Source: Takakia lepidozioides | Lineage: Eukaryota > Plantae > Bryophyta | NCBI GenBank assembly: GCA_030704615.1 | Contig: CM060734.1 | Span: forward strand, 50,778,001 to 50,842,000 | Length of the DNA stretch: 64,000 nt | Direction: 5' to 3' | Shown here: piece after piece, positions 26,070 to 39,400 of the stretch | How the letters are laid out: each line of letters begins with the position of its first letter | Numbering within the stretch: the stretch's first letter is position 1 | Made by a program: the position numbers and the translations under genes | The notes under the pieces: model-generated | Told to the model about the DNA's origin: nothing | Database searches by the model: none | What the model saw: the letters and a program-made list of their open reading frames with translations, nothing else

Positions 26070-26417
26070 AGAGTTATCCGTAAATTCCATAAACTTAGGT
26101 CGACTCGAACCACTTCAAGGCCAAACTCGTGTTCAACTAGGATGCTCATTTTTAGGCATTTTTGTGGTATTCACCTCGGGTCCAAACGTCCAAACTCAAA
26201 ACACTCGCCCAAATGCACGTCCAGGGAGTTTTGTCGTGAGTTTAAGGATTTTGACAAGTTGAGAGGGCTCGAGTGAGAGCACTTGGTGAAACTCACAATG
26301 GAACTCCCTGCAAGTCTACCTGTTTTAACAGTTCCTAACAAATTTATGGAGGGACAACCAACTCAGCGTTTTTAACAACTCACGGTGAAACTCAGGTCTG
26401 ACTTTACGGATAACTCT
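26070..26417. mobile_element. MITE, probably PIF/Harbinger (Tourist-like)
   Basis: Perfect 15-bp TIR AGAGTTATCCGTAAA (26070-84) / TTTACGGATAACTCT (26403-17), flanked by 3-bp TAT on both sides; non-coding. Confidence 0.75.
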
Positions 26418-27465
26418 TATGTCTACCAAAAGATTCAATTACGCCATGCGAAACCGTTGGTCCAAGTGTAAAATTTTGTTTGCAGGTGGCCCTTTGGATC
26501 CCTTTACAAACAACACTCCCCCACATCTCACCTGCCATTGTGGGGCACGGTTGAAAAGTCCAAAACAGTTATAATACTGTAACAAAAGTTTCTTAACTGT
26601 GCCCACTCCGGACACGAGCAAAGGTATCCCAGAGCATCCCAGTTCAGATTGACCCTATCGATCTGGCAACTCCTTTACGTCAAATTCAGTCAATGGACGT
26701 GAATTATTGCTCTACTTTACTAGAATACGTTCCTTCCCAACTTTTCACAGAAACTACACCTAAATTGTCGACTTGTCCAGTGGGCCATATGAAGGAAAAA
26801 ACAATAGTTGATAAGTGGGCTAAGATTTGAAGTATGCAGTATAAGTGTTTCACAGAAGCACAAACTCTTGGATTCAGGGTGAACTTACTCAGGGGTCCAC
26901 CCACTCTCATGCAAAACCTATTTCTTGTGGGGGTGGGGTTTTGCTTGGACTTAGTCCTTGACAAAATGATTTTCCGATTGGATAAATAAAATATGATGCA
27001 TTTGTAAGCATGGATCCCAGGGACCGTCCCGGGCCACAAGTGCGCCCAAGAATCCAAAACTCAATTATATCGGTATGATCTCACAGTGGAGTATGTTGTA
27101 CGAGCGATGAAATCTTCATGTTCGTGATAATATTCGAGGTATGATTGAATGTTTGTCTACTACAATCGCAATGACAGGACTGTAAAATAAGTTCTTAGTG
27201 TCAGTAGCCAGGCCCTTCCTGTTGAAGCAACGCCTTAATTTATGCTCGCTTAGGCGGGAATAAACGAATTACCCTTTCTTAGCATCTGATAGAAGAATAT
27301 GGCAGCGCAAACGTAGTGGGCCTGTTTAGGCCAGGTTACACTTGAAGAGACCAAGGCCAGTCCAAAATTAATCGGCGACAGAGCTATGTGGGAATAATTG
27401 GGCAATCTTTCCAAAAAAACAAAAATGTGGAAGCGTTGCAGAAGCAAGGGTGAACACATTTATGA

Positions 27466-27533
27466 CTTCCAAACCGTGGTTTGAACCCACAACCACTAGT
27501 GAAGCGGCTTGTGCCCGTACTCCTCTGCTAAAT
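27466..27533 (-). mobile_element. Possible degenerate tRNA-derived SINE head
   Basis: Minus strand has A-box-like TAGCAGAGGAG and B-box GGTTCAAACC at tRNA-like spacing, but no intact cloverleaf. Confidence 0.3.
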
Positions 27534-29712
27534 GTTGTATATCAATACCACAACTTAGGCTAGTATGGGCAATTCATTTGAAGAAGGAGGAAGAAGAAGA
27601 CTCTGGCCAAAACCGACGGAACTAAGAGCCACTTCGCCTTGCGGCTACTGCCCCCTTTCTAGGGTAACTGCAATTCATTAAAATATATTGAAAGATTCAT
27701 GAGCGTGAAGCCATGCAGCATCAGCTCCAGATGTCATCTGCATGCATGCAACGTTCATATGCCATCTCCTCTCTACCTCCAAAATGAGTCTTCCCACAAT
27801 TTGGTTGGCCACCTACTTGCAAAAGGGGCCTTTGGGATTCATAGAATTGCTCAAAAAGCACTGCCAAGGTCTTGGCCCCTACCAACTAAGTGCTGCTTTC
27901 ATTGAAACTCCTCCCAATTTCTTGTAGTGTAAAAGTGGGCTTCCACCTCAATGCTCATAGTGCAAAGCAAAGGGGCAACGTGTAAAGAGAAGGCCCTGCT
28001 AGACTCGGAGCGGGGACACGCCGGACTGCAAAGAGGGGTTACCCAACAAGCCTGCTACCTTGGAGTTTGCCATCCCCACACACCAAAGAGGTGGCGGATT
28101 GACCGTCCATCTACATACCACTCAACTCTCAAGGCTGTTCTCATAAACTACGACTAGCAAGTGGTCCCACCGGATGCTGATCACGGGGGTTTGGTTTTGT
28201 GGGGAATTTCTGAGTGGATGTTGGACTCGTGGGAGTGCATGTTAGATCGATGAAGGAGATAGAGCGTAGCCCCCAGTCGGGATTTCGCTAGGTTTCGCCG
28301 GATTAATGGGAGTAGCTGGTGTCACATATCCCCAGCTATATGAGTGTCTTGACTATTTAATAATGGGTGCAAGCACATAGCGGATGGTTGTAGAACCGTG
28401 GCGTCTCTAGTGTAGGCCGTTTGGTCGAAACGCGTTCCCTGGTGGTTCTTGTTTCTGGGTGTTTTCATAATCACAGTATACAATTCACACTGTGTTTGGT
28501 AGTAACTAGTACTTAACCATTACATGGATTCCTTGCACGAAGGAGATGATAACAACTCCAAGGTCTCTAGGTGTAAGTAGGTATAACACCACAGAGACTA
28601 GGAGCGACCAAAGCTACCGCCACCAAAAAAGAATAAAGGAAGATGAAAGCGCTCAACCCGGGACTGTGCGGACTCTAGTGCTAGTTTGTTAATCACAAAC
28701 CCAACAAACCAAGGAGCATGTGACTCATACTTAGATCTCCTCTCCTTCTCTCCCTCTTCTTCTCTTTGGTGGGCCAACAGTTCTTTTGGACTTTTCGTGC
28801 CAGTCTAGCCATGCACAGTGTGGAGGATGTGGGGTTCAAATGTGCACAAGGAATCATTGTGATCTGTTCATTGTTGATGCAAACTCCGTCAATGCATTAA
28901 ACCGTCCTTTCATGCAAATGCAAGCCCTGAACACTGCCCCTATATCCTTAGGAATTTGCAAGATATGGTTTGAAATTGGCCCTCTGAACGAAAGTACGAG
29001 GTATCACGGATTATTACTTACAGGGCAAAGGTCGTTGTACCTCCCAGACGTTGGCCCAGATCTCACTGGAATGTAAGTACTCCAGTTCAGTAGCTCGCTA
29101 TCCATCATCGTACCTTCCTCACTACAAAACTATACCCTCTCACTTACCGTGGAATCATGAGGTCCGCGAAGTCCCAACATTGACAGAACGCAGGACCGTC
29201 GAAGACAACCTCAGTGTACGTACAAAGTAAAGCGGTTATCAAACGGCCTGAATCTGGAATAAGATTGCCCCCCATCTCAGCATTCCTTTGGAAAATTCTT
29301 GTAATGAGCGGACACCGTATGTGTTGTCAAGGAAAAGCTTAGAAAAATTGTTCCTTCCAGGGTAGAGCTCTGCAGCCCGACACTGCTTTTATTGCGTGGG
29401 TAGGGGCATGGGTGAGGGATTTGGGTTAGACAGCAATGGACAGCTTGAGCACGCGCATCAGACAAGCTACTAAACTGTAGCCGTAATGCTATCTGATGAT
29501 TCCGATCCGACCCATTGTTAGGAAAATCTCTCGGTTGCAACAGTAGATTAAGTAATATAATACGGGAGGGCAGGATTAGGGTGACATGTTTTGTCACCCC
29601 TCCTCAGGACCTCACCGAAGAGAAGGTTGCTGAGGGAGGAAAACCAAGTAAGGACAAGGAAGCATCTGCGACGAATTTGGGGCAAGAAGGTGCAAGAGGG
29701 AAAGGGAGCAGG

Positions 29713-32700
29713 ATGATCACTGCCGTGCTGGTTATGAACACACAGGGGAAGCCTCGCCTCACAAAATTCTATGAACACCTGGTAATCTTTCCTTAGACTT
29801 GCTGGGACGTCTCACTCTGTTTTTAGGTTTTTGGGATGGTCTGATTACAGGTGCAAGTGTGCTGTGTAGGAATAGAAACTCGCAAAAAGTGGTGGAGCTT
29901 GACACTTGCTGCTGCTGTGTGATGACAGACAGTGGAGAAGCAGCAGGAGACGATTCGCACTGTGTATTCAGGTGTCTCTCTGCCTTTCGAAAACTTTACA
30001 TCGTGTTGTTTTGTTTGAATTGAAACTCAGATCGAACGATGTACGGTGCAAAATTCTTTTGGAATTCATTTTAGATCCTTGCCAACCGTGGGTGCACATT
30101 GGATTGCACTTTACTGCGGCCCAAGTTGATGCATTGCCGGCTCTCCACAACTCACCGGCTCATGACGCCCCGTAATCAATCGTGCCCTGTAATCACATTG
30201 GAGATTGCAATTGCAAACCCTTTGCAGCACCTGTTGAATGCGATACTTGTCTTGGGGAGTTGTGCGAGTGTGAGTTTCTGGAGGGTTTTACAGGTCAGGA
30301 GAGGTGATTAGCCTCTCCTGTTACCCACACAGATGTAAATTGCTGGGGAATGTTTATAGATTGCACAACTTCTGAAATGAAGTGCTTCCCGCCCTGAGTT
30401 TAAATTTCAGTCTAGTGCCGAGGGTAGGTAGACCCTTGAGATCATCCTTAAGGTCCTCGCCCATGTCACACTGGAAACAAGTTCAGGGAACCTTTGTGCC
30501 TCACTTCATTTTCATCAGACAGTCTTTGAGCATGGCATTAGACACTGCAACCTCCAGGTCAGCTTCATCCAGCAGGGTCAATTCTTCTGGGCTAATATTC
30601 AGATATTTGATCTGACCTTGGACTCATCATGTCGAGAGCTGAAGGAGGTATGCCAAACTCTCCCTGAACAGCCACGTTAACTCTAGAGCTCGCTGACATG
30701 CTCTCTTTGAGCACTGCAACCTGAATGGATTCTAGAGATTAGCATAGTTGGAGTTGTCGACCCATACAGCAGATGGTGTACTCCAAGGCAGGCCTAATAA
30801 CTTTCCAAAGCATGGTCCTTTTAACTTCAGTATTAATCGGTGCTGCAGTGGAAAAGTTTGATGAGGACCAAAGCTTGGCCTTTAGCTTTTTGAACCACTT
30901 TCTGTACATGCGCATCCCAGTTGCAACTGGAGGAGGAGGGAGAGAGTGTACTCATAAGACGCTGTTTGTCGTAGCCTTGTGGCCATTGACCCCACGCCCA
31001 GTTTGAGCGGAACACAGGGACAGAAACTACCTTTGCCAGGGGCTGACGCCGGTAGGATCTTACCTTGAAACAGACAATTGACCCGAGTTTTCCAGATATC
31101 CTCTATAGATCCCTTCACACAAACATCAATCTGATGTGTGTGATTTGCCCAATAACTAGACCCCAAAAGGGCCTGGGCTTTTGGCTCAGCCTCAAGATTT
31201 TCAAAGTTGGTAAACAGAGGTACAGGAACTGTTCACTTGATGGATGAAGAGGGTGTCTCTCTGGGGAGAGTACCCAGGACAATGAATCACAAAGTGGGGA
31301 GGAGGGAGACAGAGACAGAGACAGAGATCCAGAACATAACCAGGGTGTGGATTATGGGTGCAGTATTATCAAGCAGAGCTGAAAATTTGTGCAACTTTGT
31401 GGAAGCAGACGACATCTTTGGTCCTGTGGGTACACACTTTTGCCGTTGCTTTTTACAAAGGATAGATGTTTCTATGAAACTTCTTCACATAATCTGTCAG
31501 CAAAGTCAATAAAAGCCACCTCAGACAACGAATGAGGCCTAAAGGCTGTCCAAAGGAAACAACAGAAGCCCAAGATTTTAGAATTAGTGTCAAGCAACAA
31601 CCACAAGCCCGCCACAGAATCGAAGCTTTGTAGGGATTGCCACCTCCAATGCCAAAAACAGAACATGAAGGAGACAGCCCTGCCATAAAAGTTCTTGGAA
31701 TTACATGCTGAGAAGCAAAAATGGTCCCGACCAAAGAAGTGCTGATCTTGGGTGTCATCAGTATGGTGAACCACCCAGATCACTGCTGGCCTTCCTTCTG
31801 GGGTCAGGAGCCTCTAAGATACAAGCCTTGTCTCTTTTCTCAAATCCTGTTCTCTAGCCCTGGGCCCCATAATCTTTCTTTCATTCTCTGTCGAAGTTAT
31901 AAAGTTTCTTCCTTTCTTTCTGCACAGCGCTGCTGGCACCTGACCGACTTCAAAGTAATATCATAACTTTTTCTTGTTCCACACCTTGGGCTGGACCTGT
32001 AATCTAACAAAATTTTGAAAAATGTTGGCAGGACTCAAAGCTGGTATACAAGCACTTTGCAACTCTTTACTTTGTTTTTGTCATTGACAGCTCAGAAAGT
32101 GAGCTTGGGATCCTTGATCTTATACAAGGTATAATAAGCTTGAACCCACTGCCTGAATGAGAAATCTTCTGGATGAATTTGGTTTAGTTATCTGCTTGGG
32201 AGCTGTGCAAGATGAGTGGCATATGTACCAATAGGGTTGATCTTTACTTTTTGTTCAATGATACAGTGTTTGTGGAGACATTGGACCGGTGTTTCAAGAA
32301 TGTGTGTGAGCTTGACATTGTGTACAACTTTAACAAGGTGAGTTGCTTATATCTAACAGTACCTAGGTTTTAGTGTCTGCATGGTGCCCAGAGCTTTGTT
32401 GGGTCCACTAAGAGGATAGAAGCAGTCAGTAGCTATGGGCCTTCTCTGCTGAGAGTATATGAAACTGTCAGCATGTGGAAAGCTCCCTGTTTTTCTCTCA
32501 TGTAGGTGCAGATTTGGTATGCTCTGTAGGTGTGAGAAAGAAACTGACTGGAAGGACCTTCTGTCACGTATTAGGTAATGGCCACCGGGGGGACCCGGCG
32601 AGTGGTGAGGCTGCGAGCAGGGTCACCCGGTGTCCATCACCGAACGTAATTGGGTGGGTGAGTTCTCCTCGGTTTGTAGCTCTAGATTCGCTATCAGAGG

Positions 32701-33233
32701 TACAATGGCCACAGACGGCTTGCCACATGCCAAACTCCTTTAACAAGTGAAGGGCCAAACTCTTTGAAGGGTTGGGTGGCAGGTGTAATACAACCCCGTC
32801 CAATTATGATTATGCTAACACCTGCTTGGCTGGCATGCAGGTCCACACAATATTAGATGAAATTATAATGGGTGGCCAAGTTGTCGAAACTAGTACAGAT
32901 GAAGTTCTGAAGGCTGTTCAAGAGATCTGGAAGTAAGTTGCTTCAATCCTCCACCTACACTAGTTAATGTTGTTTCTGATTATGAGCAGGGACATTCTAC
33001 GGAACCTTTCTATCGAGGACAAGTGTTTACCCAGAGAACAATTTGTGTCTGAAGGGTCAAAGGGCCACAAGGCTACGGCAAACAACATCTTGTGACTACA
33101 TTCTGAAGGGTTAAATCTGTTGCTTCAATCTTTTTCACGACAAATCTGTGTGCGCTGATGCAGGTTGGAACGTTTTGGTGAGCTCTCGAGCCCTTCAGTG
33201 AAGGGGCTAGGCCATTACAAAAGCAAGACATAA
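29713..33233 (+). CDS. AP3S: AP-3 adaptor complex subunit sigma
   Basis: Exons 29713-29781, 29929-29971, 31364-31425, 32032-32128, 32267-32337, 32841-32932, 33164-33233. [75 protein letters not shown]. Confidence 0.93.
30382..30930 (-). mobile_element. LINE family A fragment (internally deleted)
   Basis: Matches 45215-45770 and 18410-18570; lies in AP3S intron 2. Confidence 0.85.
30944..31297 (-). mobile_element. LINE family A, 5'-truncated, intact 3' end
   Basis: Ends ...CTTATGAGTACAC on the element strand; TSD GGAGGAGGGAGA at 30932-43 and 31298-309. Confidence 0.9.
33058..33101 (+). mobile_element. 44-bp LINE family A tail
   Basis: GGCCACAAGGCTACGGCAAACAAC...GACTACAT with TSD TCTGAAGGGT at 33048-57 and 33102-11. 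Confidence 0.85.
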
Positions 33234-33448
33234 ATCAGCATGCAGAAGTCAAGCTCGATATTAGAGTCCCTAGAAAATTAGGAAGTCTATGCATGTTACC
33301 AAGGTCAGCTTAATAAAACATTATTTTTTCCAACAAACCTGTGGGTATCAGACACCACACGGAAAGTCCTGTAGTGTTTGTGGTCATGCTTGTAGAACAG
33401 CCCACGGCCCTAGTGCCTCCTGCGCATGTTAACATTGTGATTACACAA

Positions 33449-36400
33449 TCAAGATATCCAAGGTCGAACTGTTTCTATCACCTGGATCTGGCCACTTATA
33501 ACATTGCTGTATGTAGTCTACACCACGGAGATGTGCCCCACAGGCCATGGAGAAACACACAAGTTCATTTCACATTAAAGCCTAAAACCTTGCAACCATG
33601 GAAGACAGTCCTGACAACTACAAATGGTGAACGATTGCCATTAGAAAGCTACTTCCAATTTTGTTGGCATTTACACAGTACTTACATATCTCAAATCAGT
33701 GTCACTGCACAACTGCTGAGAAATCCCCTGGAGTTGCAGTAAGAAGTTACCCATTTCCTTGCATAATTTAGAGGGGTCAAAATTCGTCTTTCCACTTCCA
33801 CTCAGTGATTCACACTTCTGCTCTTGGGCAGCAAGGCTGTTATCATCAGTTTCCCAGGGATCCAGGGAGTGGGCCAACAGGCAGTAGAATGCAAGCTCCA
33901 GCTTCCCCTCAATTCTTTGCAGAAGAGAAATCAAGTCGGCCCCTGATTCTTTACTTCTTGCAACTGATATGACCATCTCTTTGGGAAGCCCTGCAATAAC
34001 TAGGCAAATAACAATCGGATGCAGCAACTGGTCCTCACCCTGCATGATTCTCAACGCTCCAGTCACCTTTTGTTCTGTAGTTCTTGTACATGCTTCAAGA
34101 TATACTCCGAGGCGCCCAATCAAACTCGGACAGAGGGAGACCAAGGAGATGGCCAGATCTAGCAGTAGAACCCACATAGTGGAGGTTTTCAACCTGTCCA
34201 TTCTTTCATTGAACTCCACCTCCAGAGACGCTAGAGGGATCGGCACCGACTTCTGTAGATCCTCCCTTTCCCGATGTGCAGCTCCACTCTCTGTTGTGGC
34301 CTTTTGGCCTGTTAACAATCTATCTGCTTTTGAGAACATCCTTTTATCACTACCAGTGCTTGTAAGATTTCGGACACCAATGATCTTCCTCCTGCTACTG
34401 GAACCAAGCTCCTTTGTTTCTAACCAAAGTGGATAATCAAGCACCCACCTTCTTTTGTAATCTGATCTTATCCATTTCCTTGCAAAGGCTTGGGGCCAGG
34501 TCAGTACAGCCTGAACCAGTAGCCCTGCAACTAGCTCTAGCAGCATATCAAAAAGCTCAAATCCGGGGCCTGAGGATGAAGAGTCCTGCTTATCACTGTG
34601 AGGTGCTGCAGCTATCTGTTCCAACACTCCTACAAGCTTATGCAATACTTTGTGAGATTGTTGAGACGACTTAGAGCCAGCTATTGCGTGTAGAAAATAA
34701 GTTCTTTGTAAAGAGCCTGAGCACAAAGGGGTACTAGTAAGCAGAGATTCTACAAGTACGACTGCAGCCAATCGTGGCATTTTCTTTGCTGCTTCTTTGT
34801 ATCCGTCCAAGACTCCATTGGGCCAGTCCCTGCTGCATAATCTTCACCCTCTTCACATCAGACAGCCAGTCACTTGAGCAACACAAGAAAAATATGAGAA
34901 AGGAACTCACAGCATGCCAGTGCATGTTCTCCATGCTATCCTCTCCAGATGCACACAGCACTTTGATCACGTAAATTACATCCAGAAGAATTGACCCAGC
35001 AAAGCACTACTTCATTTCCTGGAATGAGGACATTGGAGAAGAATAGGCCACCACGAGATGAATGGTGACATGATCCACTTCCTTGTCCGTAATTTTTGAG
35101 TTGCATCCTTACCTCCTCTCTATTACTCATAGCAACACCACTCCTTAGATGATACTCTGACAGAGTGAGAAGGCTTACTCTTGAGAGATAAGAAACTCGT
35201 GCATACTGCGCAAGTGGCGTATGCTTGTGAGAAACTCCTGACCCCAGGATGTAGCCGCAGTGTGCACAAGTGCAGTTACACGAGGGCCAACATAATTCCA
35301 AAAACGGACCCAGCTGGACATCAACATTGCGCTCCACTCACTCTCTACCTGCCAAGTTGAAGAAAATTTTGGCTGTGAAAAGGTGTATCATAAATAGGAT
35401 CATCTCGACAAATGCTATGTCTGGAAGATGAGATAGAATGTACTCATTGATCTTGTGTGGGAACGTAGACACCTTTCTCATGTGAGTCACAAACCCACCC
35501 AGAGGCAGTTGTGGGGTTTCAGCCCATCAGGATATAGGAGACACAACAGCAGTTGTCACTGTGCTTGTGCAGGGCTGATGACAACCAGCTACAGGGAGTT
35601 GAATGTTAATTTTATAGTTCAATTTATGCCATCCTTTGAGGCATGAGGCTGACTCCAACACTGCACCTTAGCCCCTCTAGCCGGCAGTAAACGTGAGGAG
35701 AGGAAAAAAGAAATTTATTGCAAGAACGGTTACCAGAGACGCATCTATGAGACATACTCTAAGAGAGTTCCACAAACTAAAAAGATTACCACTAAGCGGA
35801 GATTTTGAACATAAAACTCGAGCACTGGGAGAAGCTGGCCTGCAAAGTGTAAGCAGAAAGGGCCATCTGCTAACCAGCAGTGCTTTAGCACCTGCCACAT
35901 CTGGTACCACCTTCAGCAAGAATCACATGGTTAGACATATCCTTTCAGATGCTATTAGAGGGACCTGCAAAGTGTATCCTTAGTTACATGAGAGCCATTC
36001 CCCTATGCAACCTTGGCATTCACACCTTCTAGTGTCATTTAACTATCTCTGTAGTCACACCTTTTGAAAGCATGACTTATCGGGAGAAATTTCGACCCCT
36101 ATTGGTACCAGATTTGACTAATTCTCAAACTCTTAACAGCATGCTGCTACTCAAGTACTGACATTCTCAAAATGCAGACCTATTTCACAAAGGGGGCTCC
36201 AAAGGCATAATACATCCAGACACTTCCATTCATTATTGGGTTGGATTGAAAGAGAGCTAACCCCATAACTGGATCATTTTAAGGTTTTAAAATTTGAGCA
36301 ACTGGTGTGAGCAACAAGATAAGCGTGGACTTGCACGTGCTGTTTCTATGAAACTCACCTATGGCCGGACAAGAAATGTGGCACAGGTAGAGAAGATATG

Positions 36401-39400
36401 CAAGCCTTGAATCCACGAGCAAGGATAATTCCATCATGCATACTCATGTTGATGCACTGGTGTTCACTTGTGCACTCTAGTCTGTGCACAGCCTTAGCTC
36501 TCTTGCTTTGCTCATGGGACTCCAAGCAGTCCACAGCAACCTGCTCAAGCATTCACCCGAAGATCTCATTCTTAGCCATCACTCCAGGATCTGAATGCCT
36601 GTCTCCATGTGCTACAATGTAACTGTGTCATGTCTTGTTCCCTACCCTCTTTCTCTGCATGGGCCTCGCGTGATATATGTGCAGGTGCAGCCGAAAACAA
36701 TACCATACCATCCTTGGATTTGGCACACAGTATCACGTCATACTCAAGAAGATGGGATCATGTCAGCTGACACCTCTTTGACAGTGGCTAGTTCAGAGTC
36801 AAAAAACTGAAGACTGACAGAGTTCACCTTGAACTATTCACAGCCTATTAAGCTCCAAAATGTATGAGGAGGATACCGATGGCCTCTCAGCTCTGCTATC
36901 ATGAAGGTAGAAACAATCTCCTCCTAGAAGCTGTAAATATATGAAACATTCAGTTGGGCCTGAACTACAACACAGTTGACCCATTAGGCCGGTTATAGCC
37001 AAGAGGCACATGTCTCCCGAAACCTTGAGTCATAACGTCTACTGTTGGGCCATCACCAGGAAAATGCCAATAATATTCAAGACAACATGGCTTTTGCTAT
37101 CATTTCGATATTTCAAAGAGAGTGCATAACTAACGCAACGCACCTGCAGAAACCAAGGCTCATTGCCTGCATTCCAACTGGAAGAAGAAAGCTCCATAAG
37201 CAGCTGCAACACGGAATCTTTAACCTCACTGTGTTCACAGCCAATGTGGGGCTGTATCACTTCGTATACTCTGCCCCTTTTAGGGACTATATTATGACTC
37301 TCAGAAATGGCTACATTGAAGAAATGCCTCTTACTTCCTGAGCATGGGATGTTCCTGTCCTCACACGTGAAGGTTTTTGGGTTTGCACAATCATGTGAAC
37401 TCCCCTCTGGCTTTTCTTCTTCTACTAACCGGCCAAGGGGTTGCTCCTCAACAAGATCCACTCTTGAGCACACATCGTGAGAGCTCAGCAGCGCATGGGT
37501 CAGTGCTACACAGGCACGATTCCTATCCCCACTAAACTCTTTCCACAACAATCCCCATCCAGCATCTTTAAAACACTTCTCCGTCTCATTGCCAAAAGTC
37601 ATCCCACCCCATATAACATTACGAAAGAACAGGTGACGACTCTTGATCGAGATCAAATCACTGGAGCCTGTCTGAAGTTCCAACAGAATGACGTTCCTTA
37701 GAGAGAGGGGAGTTTTTGCAAGTAGGAGAGAACATAATGGGCTAGAAATCACAGCATTGCACAAAGCCAAGGCTTTTCTTCCACTATCAGATATTCCGAT
37801 GTTTGAGGTGGGTTCAATGTGGTGAGCAAGTGTCAGCCGATGCCAAAGCCACATGAGAAGGTGGATCAAACTCTTGGGAACATAAGCCACTGCACAGACA
37901 GACATGATACCAATAGCCCAAATGAGAGGATTATTCGTGACCATTGCACCTTTTCAAGCATCACTGCAGATAAGTGAGACCTAGAATTGACACGAGGTAG
38001 GACTCCCATTTGGAGGAGCCAGCATCTCTTTCAGGGTGTCTAAGGGGAACAAGAGTGAAAAATAGAGAGGGAATATTGGCTATATGTGGGACATACATAA
38101 GGATACCCATAGAATATGAGGTCATATGCAAATGGAGAAAGAGAAAGGCACCATGTACAAACCAAAAAAGGGGCCCACCAAATTTGCAGTCTGCGGCTGA
38201 GGCATCAGATCAGGCAGCCAAGATTTCCCACTCTCATTGACAAGAAGCCATTGCTCCCAGTATATTGAAGCATGTCGGAAGTAGCTTGCTGCAAATCGGG
38301 CAGTCCACAACAAATTGGCTTCACTGCCCAATGGCATCCTCTCCCAAAACTTGCTGATCCAGTGATAGCCTTTGGCTGGAGAGGTGACACTGGAATTCTC
38401 TCTCGAACTTTCCTTGTAGTCCACATCTGCCCGATTACCCTGAGTTAACTCCTCTGCCTTCAGGGGTTTCCCAGTGGTGGTGTTTTCCCAGGGTGCCTTG
38501 TCAAGATATGAGTACTGTCCTTTATAACAAGCCTCCCAAGTCCATTCCAGACATGGTTTGAGGTACATCCCAGAATGTCTTTCTTCACATTCTGTAGAAA
38601 GCTTCATTTCAAAGTGATTATCTCCACGATTATCCCCAGATTGCAATGCTGAAGTTTGATCCAGTTCCATACTCTTCTCATCCCCCACAACGCTGTTGTA
38701 GTTCCCCTTATCCTCTCTAAAGTGGTTTTCTCTTAGAACTTGTGAGGTGGTCATAAAGAGCATGAGAGTAGCAAGTGCTGCACACTGCACAGGAGTCAGA
38801 GAAGGCCCAATTGAGTGGCTAAACACTTGCAGACGCCTCCAAAGAGGCAGATGAAGACATGTGAAGCTGTGCAGCATTGCCACGTATGGGAGGCGCCATG
38901 ACCCCAAACTCAGATGATCTGACATATGATCTGTCACATCACAATTACACAGCAGCCATAAATGTCCCTGACCTGCTCTCTCTCTCTCTCTCTTTCTTGC
39001 CATGTTCCGCCAAAACTGGGCACAGTGTTTATGGCCACAGGGCTAGAGCAAACATCTCATGAGTACATTCTCTTTCTTGACATTGCATAAAACAACTTCT
39101 TAACAGTATCAGTTCTTTCTTGCCATCGATGAGTTGTTGTTGGGCTGCTAGTTGGGGGCCTCATTTTCTTTCTTGTATCCTGCTTTCTTTTTGTCCCATA
39201 AGCTCGTGGAGCTTCCTGTGCAATTTTTAAGTTTATTCTTTTCTATCTTTCTCTAGGTCGGTGATTCTACATCCTGTGCCTTGGGCTATTGGGCCTCCAG
39301 CAGACATGATACATTCCTTTCTTTCTGAGTTAGGAAGTAAAGTGATTCCTCAGTGAGACTCGTAACTGTCATATGCAAACAGCAAGTGTCTTTCGAACCT

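Noticed and set aside
27923-29260. Gypsy-like LTR plus PPT (…GGTGTCACA TATCCCC)
   Set aside because: No second LTR, TSD or coding domain in the window to support it.
36240-36260. miR159/319-like sequence TTGGATTGAAAGAGAGCT (would be a target site in the minus-strand gene)
   Set aside because: Needs a bulge near the cleavage position plus mismatches, and there is no precursor hairpin; likely chance.
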